Below the pieces are notes generated by a model. The model did no database searches, was not told the origin of the DNA, and saw only the letters and a program-made list of their open reading frames with translations. Positions 10,180 to 19,829 of a stretch of 64,000 bases of DNA are shown here, piece after piece. Within the stretch, counting starts at the first letter, position 1. Each line of letters starts with the position of its first letter. Position numbers and translations under genes: made by a program. Source of the stretch: an uncultured Acidimicrobiia bacterium (lineage in GTDB: Bacteria > Acidobacteriota > Terriglobia > Versatilivoradales > Versatilivoraceae); assembly GCA_963786955.1 (NCBI GenBank), contig CAWBAT010000002.1, positions 96,001 through 160,000 of the forward strand, in the 5' to 3' direction.

Positions 10180-10229
10180 ACAGAAAGGGGGTCAGATCTT
10201 TCTAACAGAAAGGGGGTCAGATCTTTCTT
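10180..10229. repeat. Tandem duplication of a 25-bp unit overlapping the end of the transposase remnant
   Basis: acagaaagggggtcagatctttct(a/t) occurs twice. Confidence 0.9.
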
Positions 10230-10560
10230 ATTTCTAAATATTTCAACGCCTGTTTCATCACTCTTTTCAGCTTTAGGTCCTCGCTGTGAGCTACTTCAAA
10301 CTCACTGAGGCGGTTGCTAACTGTGGCGTAATCAATCCCGCCGGCCAACGCGCCCAGTTCAGCCAGCTTCAGCCCACACTGCTTGCGGCCTAGTACTAAG
10401 TTGCACAAATTCGCGTTAATTGTTGTAGCCGGGGTCGTTGACCCCGGGCCTAAACAGCGGGGCCAGTTACAACACGGACTCCTGCAAGTTAGTACTAGGT
10501 ACAGCGCCAGATCCCGATCCCAGTCCTCCCAGCTAACCGTCGCCAAATCCCCTAGATCAT
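10217..10560 (-). pseudogene. C-terminal remnant of a RAYT-like transposase with DnaA-C-type helix-turn-helix, interrupted by a MITE
   Basis: RDLALYL[35-aa insert]GRKQCGLKLAELGALAGGIDYATVS...KI*; no HUH domain upstream; 5' boundary approximate. Confidence 0.6.
10390..10498. mobile_element. MITE (101 bp plus 4-bp CTAG duplication) carrying a GTAG-type hairpin
   Basis: ctag|tactaagttgca ... tgcaagttagta|ctag; TIR 11/12; internal gtagccggggtcgttgaccccgg. Confidence 0.8.
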
Positions 10561-10869
10561 AGCGAAGCCGTATCGTATTCTGCAAGGCAACAGGAAAACG
10601 CCGCGTGAGGTTCAGGCTTTGAGAAAGCCTGAAGCCTACAATGATTTTAGATAGGTTGCCACCGCGTTGTAGGCATGAAGCATTCTCAACGCTTCGTCCC
10701 CGACCCGGCGGAATTTCTTCACACCTTCCCTCCCTTGGGGAAATCATGTCCGTCATCTGACAGGCACGGCGAGTGCAACAATTTAAGAATGGCCCCAAAC
10801 ATAACTTTACATGGTACGTTTATAATTGACTCGAAGCCTTTGTGACAATTTAGAAAAGGAGAGACTTTT

Positions 10870-11286
10870 GTGGACAATATCGATCAAAAGGACGTGATAA
10901 TCAACCCACTCGGTCAACAAATGTACGAAGAGGTCCTTGGAAAACCTGTCTTTGCTGACAATCAGACGCCAGCTCTCATCGGCGTGCGCGAGTTCACTGT
11001 CAATCATCTTTTTGCCAATGTGTGGAGTCGATCCCTCAATGTGTCCGAGGATCATCCGGGGATCACTTTAAGAGAGCGTCGGCTAATCACCCTGGCGCTC
11101 TTGGCCGCACAAGGACGTAGCGACCAACTCAAAGACCATGTCCGTGGAGCTAGTCGTGCCGGAATAGCCAAAGAGGTTTTGCTTGAGTTGATGATTCATG
11201 TCGCCCACTATGCAGGCTGGCCGGCAGGTGCAAGCGGCCAAGCAATCGTCCAAAATATCTACCAAGGTGAAGAGAAATCGCGATAA
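10870..11286 (+). CDS. Carboxymuconolactone decarboxylase (CMD/AhpD-like) family protein
   Basis: FANVWSR..LRERRLITLALL..QLKDHVRGA..ELMIHVAHYAGWP; RBS aaggag. Confidence 0.85.
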   Translation: MDNIDQKDVIINPLGQQMYEEVLGKPVFADNQTPALIGVREFTVNHLFANVWSRSLNVSEDHPGITLRERRLITLALLAAQGRSDQLKDHVRGASRAGIAKEVLLELMIHVAHYAGWPAGASGQAIVQNIYQGEEKSR

Positions 11287-11472
11287 CTTGGCCGCCTGTC
11301 GATCTTCCCTGCTGCAATAGACATTCAACACCATTCTTTGTATGATGAGATCTTGGACACATTGCTTCTGCATGTTAAACCGTTTCATTGAAGAGGATTT
11401 TCAAATAACGTTTGAAGTCTACTAGAGTTGTGCAAGCGGTTTGCTGCATGGAATCAACGCCCTGGAGGGGAT

Positions 11473-12543
11473 ATGCAAACGGATCGAAGAACCTTTGTGC
11501 GAGTCGCTCTAGGAGCCGCCGCGGGAGGGCTCCTGTCGTATGGTTTTCACCAGGATTCGAGCCTTAAGGGGATAAAACTAGGGACATTTTTCGCGCCCAA
11601 CCCGACGGCCGATGATTTCATTTTTCTGAAAAGCGCCGGGGTCGAAACTGTTTCCATCTGGACAGGAATGCGGGATAACAACGTCGATTTCATGCTGGAG
11701 ACGCGGCGTCGTTTTGAAACGCATCAAATCCAGGTTAACAACATCGGTATCCTCGACCTGCACTGTGACCCGACGATCGTTCTGGGTCTGCCGGGTTTTG
11801 ATGAGAAGGTCGAGCAATACAAGACCTATTTGACCAATCTCGGAAAAGCCGGACTGCACTATACGACCTATGCTCATATTTCCAATATCAAGAATACATC
11901 CACTCCGGGAACCTATCAGACAGCCGTCGTTCCTACCCGTGGAGGCTCGACTACCCGGCAGTTTGACTTCGATATTGCTAAGACTTTACCCCTGACTTTT
12001 GGCAAAGTATATGAAGCGGACCAAATTTGGGCCACGTTTACCAAATTTATCCAAGCCGTCATGCCGGTCGCGGAAAAATCCGGAGTGCGTATCGGATTGC
12101 ATCCGGATGATCCACCGGTTGAAAGCCTGGGAGGCGTCGCCCGTATTTTCCGCAATTTCGAGGGCTATCAACGGGCTATTGAAATTGCGAACAGCGATCA
12201 TTTTGGATTGTGCTTCTGCGTTGGAACCTGGGCGGAAGGCGGGAAGATGACTGGTAAAGATGTGATGGAAATGATTCAATATTTCGGATCGAGAAAGAAG
12301 ATCTTTAAAGTTCACTTCCGAAATGTCAGCTCACCTTTGCCAAAGTTTGAGGAAACTTTTCTGGATAACGGCTATATGGACATGTACCAGGTCATGCGGG
12401 CCTTACGCGAGGTGAAATTCGACGGAGCCATTATTCCCGACCATGTTCCGGGTGGGGGTTATCCGCAAATCAACAATTCATTTACTCTAGGCTATATGAA
12501 AGCCCTCCGTGACCGCGTGAACGCAGAATCCAAGAGCACGTAG
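11473..12543 (+). CDS. uxuA: Mannonate dehydratase (UxuA) family protein with Tat-like signal
   Basis: LHPDDPP, GLCFCVG, VHFRNV, ETFLDNG, IPDHVP; N-terminus MQTDRRTF; RBS ggagggg. Confidence 0.8.
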   Translation: MQTDRRTFVRVALGAAAGGLLSYGFHQDSSLKGIKLGTFFAPNPTADDFIFLKSAGVETVSIWTGMRDNNVDFMLETRRRFETHQIQVNNIGILDLHCDPTIVLGLPGFDEKVEQYKTYLTNLGKAGLHYTTYAHISNIKNTSTPGTYQTAVVPTRGGSTTRQFDFDIAKTLPLTFGKVYEADQIWATFTKFIQAVMPVAEKSGVRIGLHPDDPPVESLGGVARIFRNFEGYQRAIEIANSDHFGLCFCVGTWAEGGKMTGKDVMEMIQYFGSRKKIFKVHFRNVSSPLPKFEETFLDNGYMDMYQVMRALREVKFDGAIIPDHVPGGGYPQINNSFTLGYMKALRDRVNAESKST

Positions 12544-12732
12544 GATATAGTTTGGGTAATAGGCTAACACTTCTCCTCCCTATTCTATCTTCCTCCCGAT
12601 TACACTACCCTTCAGATCTTGAAGTCTTCGAACAATTGCGTCAACTGAGGGAATGGTTGCTTACAAACGACTGAATTCAATTCTCAAAGATTAATAACTC
12701 CGCAAAAGCCTTATTTCTTTTGTTTTGTCTTT

Positions 12733-14439
12733 CTATTTGATTTCCTTAAGTTCCTCGACGACCAAATCATCAAAAACGCCATGGGCCCTACCGAATACGA
12801 CCATCCCCGCCAATCCATCGGCCAGCGTTTCATCATGAACACTCCCAACGAGACGGTCGTTCATGAAAAGCTGTATGAAATCGCCTTGGCAATTAACCCC
12901 GAGTTTCCGACGCATTTCTTTACTTGATTTTTCAGCTCCTCCTCGAGTCCAGGGGAGAATATCGAAAACCTGATTGGTTAGGATGTCTTTCCTCACCAAT
13001 TTGAATAAGACATCATTTGAGCCCGCCCAGTTGGAAATCAAAAGGGCATAAAAGCCCTTCTCATTGAGACGGAACACCAAGCCAGCACCCGGCAACGAGT
13101 CTATAACTTCAGTCTGGCCAGTGCCAACGAGTCCTGGGTTGTATGTCCCGATGGTTTCTATTTTCATTCCTGGCTTATGTAAAGTCGCTTTAACTTCGAC
13201 TGATATGCTGGCACGCATGTCTGACATCCACGGCCCATTGGCGGCCGCTGTTCCTGGGATCTCTATATGGTATTCTCCGTTCTGATAGAAGAACCCGTCT
13301 TTGATGGGCCAGCCGCTGGTCTTCTGAGAGAAATCATCTCTATAGACACTATGACCCTCTCTGATTTGTACGTTTGATTCGTAAGGTTTTGGTTGCGCTT
13401 GGATTTTCAGTTTCGATGCCAGTGTGGACTCGGATTGCCCGCCCGCATCGTCCCGGTCACTAAGTACATAGCCTTTCCTTGCTCTGACCTTGCTGCCGCC
13501 ATGGGCCACTTTCACCTGAATGCTGCGGTAATCATTGGAAGTTATCAGATTTGAAGAGTGGTAGGCGACGGTGTATTGTTCCTGAAGATCTTTCGCGATG
13601 GTTTCCATGACGGTTACTAAATCAGACCCTGATTTGGGGAAGAAACACTCGGCACCCGACTCCTCGGCCAGACGTTTAAAAACATACCGGGGATTATCAA
13701 TTTCCTGACCACTAATTAAAGTGATGGTCTTTCCGCTCCGAAGGAACTCTTGGTCTTCTTTCGGGTCGAAGTACCCGATCAAAAATACCTGAGCCTGTGA
13801 TACCTGCACTGCTTTAAGGACTTCATCGAGCTTTTGATTACTATGCTGGTCGGCCCCATCGGTGAGCAATACAAGTGCCTGCCGGTCAAACTTTGCCGTT
13901 CTTAGGCTATCTAGCCCCTCAATAATGGCATCATAGTGACTTGATCCTCCTCTCTCTGCCTCGGTTTCGGCAATAGCGGATTTGACACGCTCGTGATCGA
14001 GGGTTAACTCGACCAATCGAAATACCTCGTGATGAAACGTAGAGTAAGCGATTTCGTCGTTTGCTAGAGTAGAATTGACAAGCGCTAGGGCAGCAGTCCT
14101 GGCTTGTTCCATCTTGCCCCGGTCTCCCATGCTATTGCTCTTATCGAGAGCGATGCTGAGGCTAACGGGTTGCTCCTTTGCGGCGAAGAAAGTTATCGTT
14201 TGTTGCTTCCCGTCTTCGTAAACTGCAAACTCTGACTCCCCCAGCCCAGATATTGTCTTCTTCTTATGGTCCGTGACGTGAACGCCCACCGTCACCAAGT
14301 TGACGCCTACCTGAATAGACTGCGGATTTTTGTTTTCTGTGGTTTTTTCTGTTTGAAAAGAGAGTGCTAATGCGGCAGACACGATCAGCAGGAAACAAGC
14401 TACGATTTGAAGGGATCTCGATGGAAATGAAAGTTCCAT
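12733..14439 (-). CDS. Secreted VWA-domain protein (Acidobacteria type) with C-terminal beta-sandwich (DUF1080/LamG-like) domain
   Basis: Signal peptide, VNLVTV, MIDAS DKSNS, LTDGAD, LAEESG, QYTVAY; C-terminal DDFS..SGWP..GLVFR..G.AG. Confidence 0.8.
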   Translation of the reverse strand: MELSFPSRSLQIVACFLLIVSAALALSFQTEKTTENKNPQSIQVGVNLVTVGVHVTDHKKKTISGLGESEFAVYEDGKQQTITFFAAKEQPVSLSIALDKSNSMGDRGKMEQARTAALALVNSTLANDEIAYSTFHHEVFRLVELTLDHERVKSAIAETEAERGGSSHYDAIIEGLDSLRTAKFDRQALVLLTDGADQHSNQKLDEVLKAVQVSQAQVFLIGYFDPKEDQEFLRSGKTITLISGQEIDNPRYVFKRLAEESGAECFFPKSGSDLVTVMETIAKDLQEQYTVAYHSSNLITSNDYRSIQVKVAHGGSKVRARKGYVLSDRDDAGGQSESTLASKLKIQAQPKPYESNVQIREGHSVYRDDFSQKTSGWPIKDGFFYQNGEYHIEIPGTAAANGPWMSDMRASISVEVKATLHKPGMKIETIGTYNPGLVGTGQTEVIDSLPGAGLVFRLNEKGFYALLISNWAGSNDVLFKLVRKDILTNQVFDILPWTRGGAEKSSKEMRRKLGVNCQGDFIQLFMNDRLVGSVHDETLADGLAGMVVFGRAHGVFDDLVVEELKEIK

Positions 14440-14531
14440 CTTTTCAACTCCTGGCGTGAACACCCACTCGCTCTCTGCGCACCGTAGGACTTCCCAGTTA
14501 GAGTAGCACCTAATACGCTAGAGATGCGAGA

Positions 14532-14873
14532 TCACTTGGCCTTCTCGTTCTTGACGTTAGGATTGGGGGCCATCACGACCAGCAGAGTGGCATTTCCCTG
14601 CCCTCCGTTGTGAACCCCATGTTGTTCCCCTGCTGGGGCCAGTACCATTTGACCCGCTGAACAAACTTGCTTCTCATTCCCCACCTGCACCTCAACTTGC
14701 CCTTCAATGATGTAATAAATCTTGTCGGCATCTTCATGCTGATGCAGTTTCTGACTTTGTCCCGGGCAAAGGCAGTAGATATCACAGAAGAAATTTGCAG
14801 TTTCGACGAGATTGATCTTTTGCATCTTTTCAGCCAAAAAAACGCGTTGCTTCGAGACTTCCACGTTTAGCAT
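14532..14873 (-). CDS. Cupin domain protein
   Basis: PGQSQKLHQH..DKIYYIIEG..PAGEQHGVHN; start refined to ATG 14873. Confidence 0.85.
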   Translation of the reverse strand: MLNVEVSKQRVFLAEKMQKINLVETANFFCDIYCLCPGQSQKLHQHEDADKIYYIIEGQVEVQVGNEKQVCSAGQMVLAPAGEQHGVHNGGQGNATLLVVMAPNPNVKNEKAK

Positions 14874-14884
14874 ATCTATCTCTT

Positions 14885-15403
14885 TCAGAAGATTATTTTG
14901 ATCAAGACTGTCAGTACCATTCCAACCCCAATGGTCATTTTTAAAACGATCCCTGCCGTCCGGCCCAGCACAGTTCCCCATCCTGCTCGAAGCGCTTCTT
15001 TGGCCTGTCTTTTTCTAACGTATTCGTATAGAAAGACGGTCAGGAATGATCCGGCAAAGGCACCCACGAACGGGCCCAGCACTCCGATGACAAGCGCCAG
15101 CAGTGACCCCAGAAGCACACTTCCCACAATGGCCCCAACGAATGAAAGCCATACCGCTGCGCGTGACGCTCCAAATTTACGCGCGCCCAAAGCCATAAAC
15201 CAGTTATCAGCCGTTTCGGCAAACAGAGTCAAAGCGCAAAAAATAATCAGAAGTTTGATACTGACCGCCGCACTAAATCCGGTGGCGAAGGAATAGATCA
15301 CAGTGCTCAATAGAATGAAACCCACTCCAGGCAATCCAAAAGGGATCATCACCAACCCTGCGCTCATCCCACTGAGTAAAAGCAAGTATCCCAAGAATTC
15401 CAT
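14885..15403 (-). CDS. DUF456 (YqgC-like) membrane protein
   Basis: IPFGLPG, GARKFGASR, GPFVGAFAG..YE, GWGTVLG; start refined to MEFLGY. Confidence 0.8.
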   Translation of the reverse strand: MEFLGYLLLLSGMSAGLVMIPFGLPGVGFILLSTVIYSFATGFSAAVSIKLLIIFCALTLFAETADNWFMALGARKFGASRAAVWLSFVGAIVGSVLLGSLLALVIGVLGPFVGAFAGSFLTVFLYEYVRKRQAKEALRAGWGTVLGRTAGIVLKMTIGVGMVLTVLIKIIF

Positions 15404-15464
15404 TTCAATGCCTCTGTCAGACTGAAGCTGTGAGCGAATTGGTTTCGGTGTCGCTCTGCAAGTG

Positions 15465-15610
15465 TCCCCCTTGGTTAAGGGGGACTCCAGGGGGTTCGTC
15501 CAGCATGAGTTATGCCCACCCCTTTGCCTCCTCCTTAGCAAGGAGGGGAACCAAAATTGAATTTCATCCCACCCCTGCTCGGACCGATACGGAGTGACCA
15601 GGGGGATGAG
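15465..15610. repeat. C/G-run REP-like hairpin cluster (relatives at ~46690-46840 and ~56265-56300)
   Basis: tcccccttggttaagggggact vs tcccccctttgacaaaggggggact vs tcccccttcgtcaagggggact. Confidence 0.7.
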
Positions 15611-15615
15611 TTTCT

Positions 15616-16914
15616 CTACTTCTTTTTCAAATCCAGACACACCAGACTTTTTTCATTCCGCACATATAGCAACCCCTCTGCAATAGCAGGATAGGCGCGT
15701 ACGGAAGGAGGCAGCACCTTCGACTGTGCCACAATTCTGAATTCCTTGGCAGACGCCGGTGCGATAAGCAGTTCCCCGCCCTCTTTCATGATGAGTAGGA
15801 GATCTCCAGCTAATGTGACGGTTCCCGCTTTAAAGTCTTCAACATTCCAGCTAATCTTCCCGGATTGCCATTCCACCGAACGCAGACTTGGTCCATATTC
15901 CTGGCGTCCATGGAAACCAAAAAGATAACCGTTGGTAAAAACACTACTGGCATAATGGTTCGACAAGACCTCGTCTGACGTCCAGACTTTCTTGAAGTTG
16001 TGGTCACCCCATTGCAACAGCACAGCTCCGGTATCATAGCTAGCCGAAAGAAAGATCTGGTTTCCAACAACCAGAGGAACCGCCGCATTCACTGAGGCGT
16101 TATTTCTCGATCGCCAGGGAAACTGGCCAATGACCTTTCCTTCGGAGGGTTCTAAGACGGCTAAGCCGGCCCGTGTGAAACAGAAAAGATAGCGGACCCC
16201 AGCGATCGTAGCCGCGACAGGGGATGAATAGCTGGCTTCGTCGCTCGTTGCCTTCCAAACCACATTTCCGTTCTTGGCATCGAATGCCACAATGCCGGCT
16301 TGATCGGCCCCTCCAATATTTAGAATGACGCGATCTCCCTCGACTAAAGGAGAACAGGCCGCGCCAAAAAATCCTTTGCGAACATGGAATTTCGGGTGTG
16401 TGTCCACGCTCCAGAGCTTCTTTCCGGTCTCGAAATCCAGACAGTGTAAGACTCCTTCGGCGCCAAAGGTATAGACACGGCCCCCGGCAATCGAGGGAGT
16501 ACCCCGAGGCCCTTCGTCGAATCCAAAATCGTCCCGGTAATTTGTCGGATAAGCAAACTTCCAAATCTTTTTTCCATTGCGGGCATCCAAACATTCGATA
16601 ATTTCCTCGTTTTGGACCCGGTGGAAGAGGATAAGTCTCCCTCTGGCAACCACGGGAGAACTGAACCCTTGTCCCGTGTTGATCTTCCAAACTACCGGAG
16701 GTCCTTCTTTGGGCCACGCCGTGTTCAACGGCGCTCCGGCATAAACACCATTTCTCGACGGCCCCAAAAATTGCGGCCAGTCCTGGGCAAAAGTCATTTG
16801 TGAAAATAAAAATATGGAAGTGCCCGCCATCATCCAAGCCGCAAGTGAATGAAAAGAAACTCTTCCATTCGATTGCCTCACAGCACGAAAGAGCTGATTA
16901 ATGGAAGTCGGCAA
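15616..16914 (-). CDS. PQQ-binding-like beta-propeller protein (BamB-like repeats)
   Basis: DWPQFLGPSRNG, GPRGTP, repeated LD..TGK..W motifs; true start may lie downstream. Confidence 0.88.
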   Translation of the reverse strand: MPTSINQLFRAVRQSNGRVSFHSLAAWMMAGTSIFLFSQMTFAQDWPQFLGPSRNGVYAGAPLNTAWPKEGPPVVWKINTGQGFSSPVVARGRLILFHRVQNEEIIECLDARNGKKIWKFAYPTNYRDDFGFDEGPRGTPSIAGGRVYTFGAEGVLHCLDFETGKKLWSVDTHPKFHVRKGFFGAACSPLVEGDRVILNIGGADQAGIVAFDAKNGNVVWKATSDEASYSSPVAATIAGVRYLFCFTRAGLAVLEPSEGKVIGQFPWRSRNNASVNAAVPLVVGNQIFLSASYDTGAVLLQWGDHNFKKVWTSDEVLSNHYASSVFTNGYLFGFHGRQEYGPSLRSVEWQSGKISWNVEDFKAGTVTLAGDLLLIMKEGGELLIAPASAKEFRIVAQSKVLPPSVRAYPAIAEGLLYVRNEKSLVCLDLKKK

Positions 16915-16918
16915 TGCT

Positions 16919-18409
16919 TTAGTTCCTCCCTCTCAAGTCATAGCACAAAAGTCTGGGTCCGGTGCCGGTCAATATGTCCCGGGAATTCTGGCAGACGTAA
17001 AGCAACCCACAGCTCAGGACTGGCAATGTCCAGGATTCTCGTGCCAGAAATAAACGGGAACGTGCCATTTCTTTGTAGCCGGCTGGAGTCAAGTTTAACC
17101 AAAGCAGGTGGCCAGATTCTCCTAAACAGAGAAAATTTCCGTCTGCCCAGAGCAGACTACCACGATAAGTACCAACCAACTGCGATCGTTCAGCCCCATT
17201 CGTTACAAAGGTTTCTTGCCATTCGGGGTTTTCGCGCCAAACCACTTTGCCCGTTTTGAGTTCAACGCAAATCAGTGAGGCGTCAGGTTCATTACGTCCG
17301 TCAAAGCCAAAAATATAACCATCCTTAACAATAGGTGTATTCCAGTGAAAGCCAAATTCACGTGTTGTCCACGCTTGATTAAATGAACCGTCCGGCAGCA
17401 GATTCAGCAGGGCGCTACCCGTCTTGTAACTGGCAGAAATGAGCACTTGGTTTTGAACGATGACGGGCGAGGAAGCATTAACCGATTCATAACTGCTGCT
17501 CCTCCAGGGAAATTCGAAATCGACTTTACCGATTTTCGGATCAATAGCCAACAAACCTCCCGTGGGGGGGCGGCTTTCTCCTCCGGCAAAGACAAATACA
17601 CGCCTCCTGCCCTGTACCATAGCAGGGACCGGAGAAGCATAGCTAGGCCCCCAATGATCTCCCGCAGCCCAAACAGTCTTGCCATCTCTTTTGTCAAGAG
17701 CAACCACACAAGGGCCTTCCGGGGCACCGACATTTACAATCAACAGATCCCCCTCAATCAACGGGGTCGATCCCATACCAAAGAACGTTTTGGGAGACTT
17801 GTACTCGCTCATCAGGTCCCGGCTCCAGATTACTTTTCCCGTGAAAATATTCAGGCAGTAAAATTTCCCTTCAGCCCCCAGGGTATAGACGCGTTCTTGA
17901 TCAATGACTGGACTCGACCGCGGTCCGTTGTTGTATCCGTAACGATCTTCATACTGGGTGGGGTAACTAAATTTCCAGTAAAGGTCTCCCGTTTCCGGAT
18001 GCAGGCACTCCACAATTTCATTGGATTCGAGTCGATGAAAGAATACTAATCGATCGCCGGATATCGCAGGCCCACTGAAACCATTGCCCTTCTTGACTTC
18101 CCAAATCAATACAGGGCCATTGGGTGGCCACACTTTCAGAAGCGGAGTTTCCACAGACACTGAATTATGTTCAGGGCCGAGAAATGATTCCCAATTGCTC
18201 GTTTTAGCGCCCGGAGATAAAGGTCTGGGCTTCCCGAAAAAATGTCCGTTCGGATGCGGGGTGGGTAAGCTTGGGCGGGCCGATGTTGAAGCCTTTGACT
18301 TTGAAGAAGCATCCTCTCGTGATCCTTTGCTTTGAATCGCCGCGAGATAAGAACTGGCGCATAGGACAGCCACTGCCAGGAAGGCGCCATTGCTTCGAAT
18401 AAATTTCAC
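16919..18409 (-). CDS. PQQ-binding-like beta-propeller protein
   Basis: NWESFLGP, GPRSSP, SYASP repeats; start refined to GTG 18409 because the ORF extension runs into a MITE. Confidence 0.88.
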   Translation of the reverse strand: MKFIRSNGAFLAVAVLCASSYLAAIQSKGSREDASSKSKASTSARPSLPTPHPNGHFFGKPRPLSPGAKTSNWESFLGPEHNSVSVETPLLKVWPPNGPVLIWEVKKGNGFSGPAISGDRLVFFHRLESNEIVECLHPETGDLYWKFSYPTQYEDRYGYNNGPRSSPVIDQERVYTLGAEGKFYCLNIFTGKVIWSRDLMSEYKSPKTFFGMGSTPLIEGDLLIVNVGAPEGPCVVALDKRDGKTVWAAGDHWGPSYASPVPAMVQGRRRVFVFAGGESRPPTGGLLAIDPKIGKVDFEFPWRSSSYESVNASSPVIVQNQVLISASYKTGSALLNLLPDGSFNQAWTTREFGFHWNTPIVKDGYIFGFDGRNEPDASLICVELKTGKVVWRENPEWQETFVTNGAERSQLVGTYRGSLLWADGNFLCLGESGHLLWLNLTPAGYKEMARSRLFLARESWTLPVLSCGLLYVCQNSRDILTGTGPRLLCYDLRGRN

Positions 18410-18438
18410 CGAGTCACCCCCAAAAGCACGTACCGATA

Positions 18439-18580
18439 TACTGCGTTTCAGAAATTCAAGGACATTAACGCCGGGTCGGTGACCCGGCCTACACCTTTTG
18501 TAGGCTTGGGGCTTTCTCAAAGCCCCAACCTCACGCGGCGCCCGTCTTAAGATACGTCACCGTAATTCTGGAAGGGAGTA
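18439..18580. mobile_element. MITE/REPIN, copy 1 (~142 bp)
   Basis: TACT...AGTA ends with imperfect TIRs and internal CTAC/GTAG hairpins; highly similar to 50296-50436. Confidence 0.8.
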
Positions 18581-18682
18581 CTTAGTTTCTCAAAACTCTT
18601 TAAAATTAGTATCAGCAGACTGACTTTAAGCGAGTTGAAGGTGTACTCAAGATAACAACTTTTAATAGCCTGTCGGCGTCAC

Positions 18683-19528
18683 TCATTTCAACTTGAGGTG
18701 CTGCCGGAGAAACGCATCGATCGTCTTTAAGTATTCCTTTCCTCCGACCCATGACAGATCATTGTGGTTGGCACCCGCAATGGGGGACCACTCTTTAGGT
18801 TCATTAGCCGAATCAAATAACGCTTTCCCAAAGCGCATGGGGATGATGGAATCTTGATCTCCGTGGATCACAAGTACGGGGCAGTGAATTGTTTGCATTT
18901 TTGAGACCGAATCGTAACGGTCTGTCAATAGCCAGCGCGCCGGCAGAAAAGGGTATGCATTCTGAGCGACGTCACCACCTGAAGCGAAGCCTGACTGCAG
19001 GATCAGGCTTTCCGGAGGAATCCGAGTAGCAGCCTCGACGGCGACTCCGCAGCCCAAAGACTCTCCAAAATAAACGAGCTGGGTGTTTGTCTTTACTTTA
19101 AGCCAGCGGATGACGGTTTCCGCATCCATGTAGAGACCTTGTTCCGAGGGAGAGCCCTCGCTGCCCCCATAACCGCGGTAATCAAGAATGAAAGTACCGT
19201 AACCTAGACGGTGCAGATCGGCCAGCCATTCGAGCCGGTGCCCCCGGTGGCCTGCGTTACCATGAAAGATAACCAATGTTGTTGGCAAACTTCCAGGCCA
19301 GTACCAGTTGGCAAGACGGATGCCGTCCGGGGCGACTAACTCAATCGTCTCTAATCCTCGGAATTCATTGCCTGCTGGAGTTGGGACAATGGAAGAATCC
19401 GGAAAGTATTGCAGCTTGCGTTGAAAGAGATAGATCACAACCAGCAAGAGAACATAAATGACCGCAAGGAAACGGAGGATACGAAAGAAGGGATGACGAA
19501 GGAAGAAGTTCATCAAGTTGTCGAGCAT
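18683..19528 (-). CDS. Alpha/beta hydrolase (ABHD13/BEM46-like), N-terminal membrane anchor
   Basis: FHGNAG, DYRGYG.SEG.PSEQGLY.D, GESLG nucleophile, HGDQD, HND. Confidence 0.9.
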   Translation of the reverse strand: MLDNLMNFFLRHPFFRILRFLAVIYVLLLVVIYLFQRKLQYFPDSSIVPTPAGNEFRGLETIELVAPDGIRLANWYWPGSLPTTLVIFHGNAGHRGHRLEWLADLHRLGYGTFILDYRGYGGSEGSPSEQGLYMDAETVIRWLKVKTNTQLVYFGESLGCGVAVEAATRIPPESLILQSGFASGGDVAQNAYPFLPARWLLTDRYDSVSKMQTIHCPVLVIHGDQDSIIPMRFGKALFDSANEPKEWSPIAGANHNDLSWVGGKEYLKTIDAFLRQHLKLK

Positions 19529-19665
19529 CACAAATACTTTGAATGACCAGAATGAAATTCAAGATAACGATGATGATGTTAGATTAAACTGAAATCATCG
19601 CGCAAATGAACCCGATTGGTATGTTGGAGGGCGGAGTCCGCCATCTGGCGGACGACGCCTTTTTG

Positions 19666-19758
19666 GTAGCGACCAGGCCTCCTGGCCTGTCGAGCCACGC
19701 TGAGGCGTGGCCAGAGATGGCTTTCAGCCCCCGGACAGGCATGGATGCCTGTCCCTAC
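19666..19758. repeat. GTAG...CTAC REP doublet (REPIN-like)
   Basis: gtagcgaccaggcctcctggcctgtc ... gacaggcatggatgcctgtccctac. Confidence 0.7.
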
Positions 19759-19829
19759 AAGTTCGAGAAGCCGGTCTCGCGGGAGCTTGACCCTCCAATT
19801 TCGTCATATGCCATCACAGCCGCGTCGGG

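Noticed and set aside
10217-10798. 193-aa ORF as an intact gene
   Set aside because: It is a chimera of non-coding-like sequence, a MITE read-through and a transposase C-terminal remnant
15404-15640. N-terminal extension of the DUF456 ORF (likewise 18410-18520, 14874-14981 and 58456-58533)
   Set aside because: These are read-throughs of REP/MITE or neighbouring-gene sequence; better starts with RBS lie downstream
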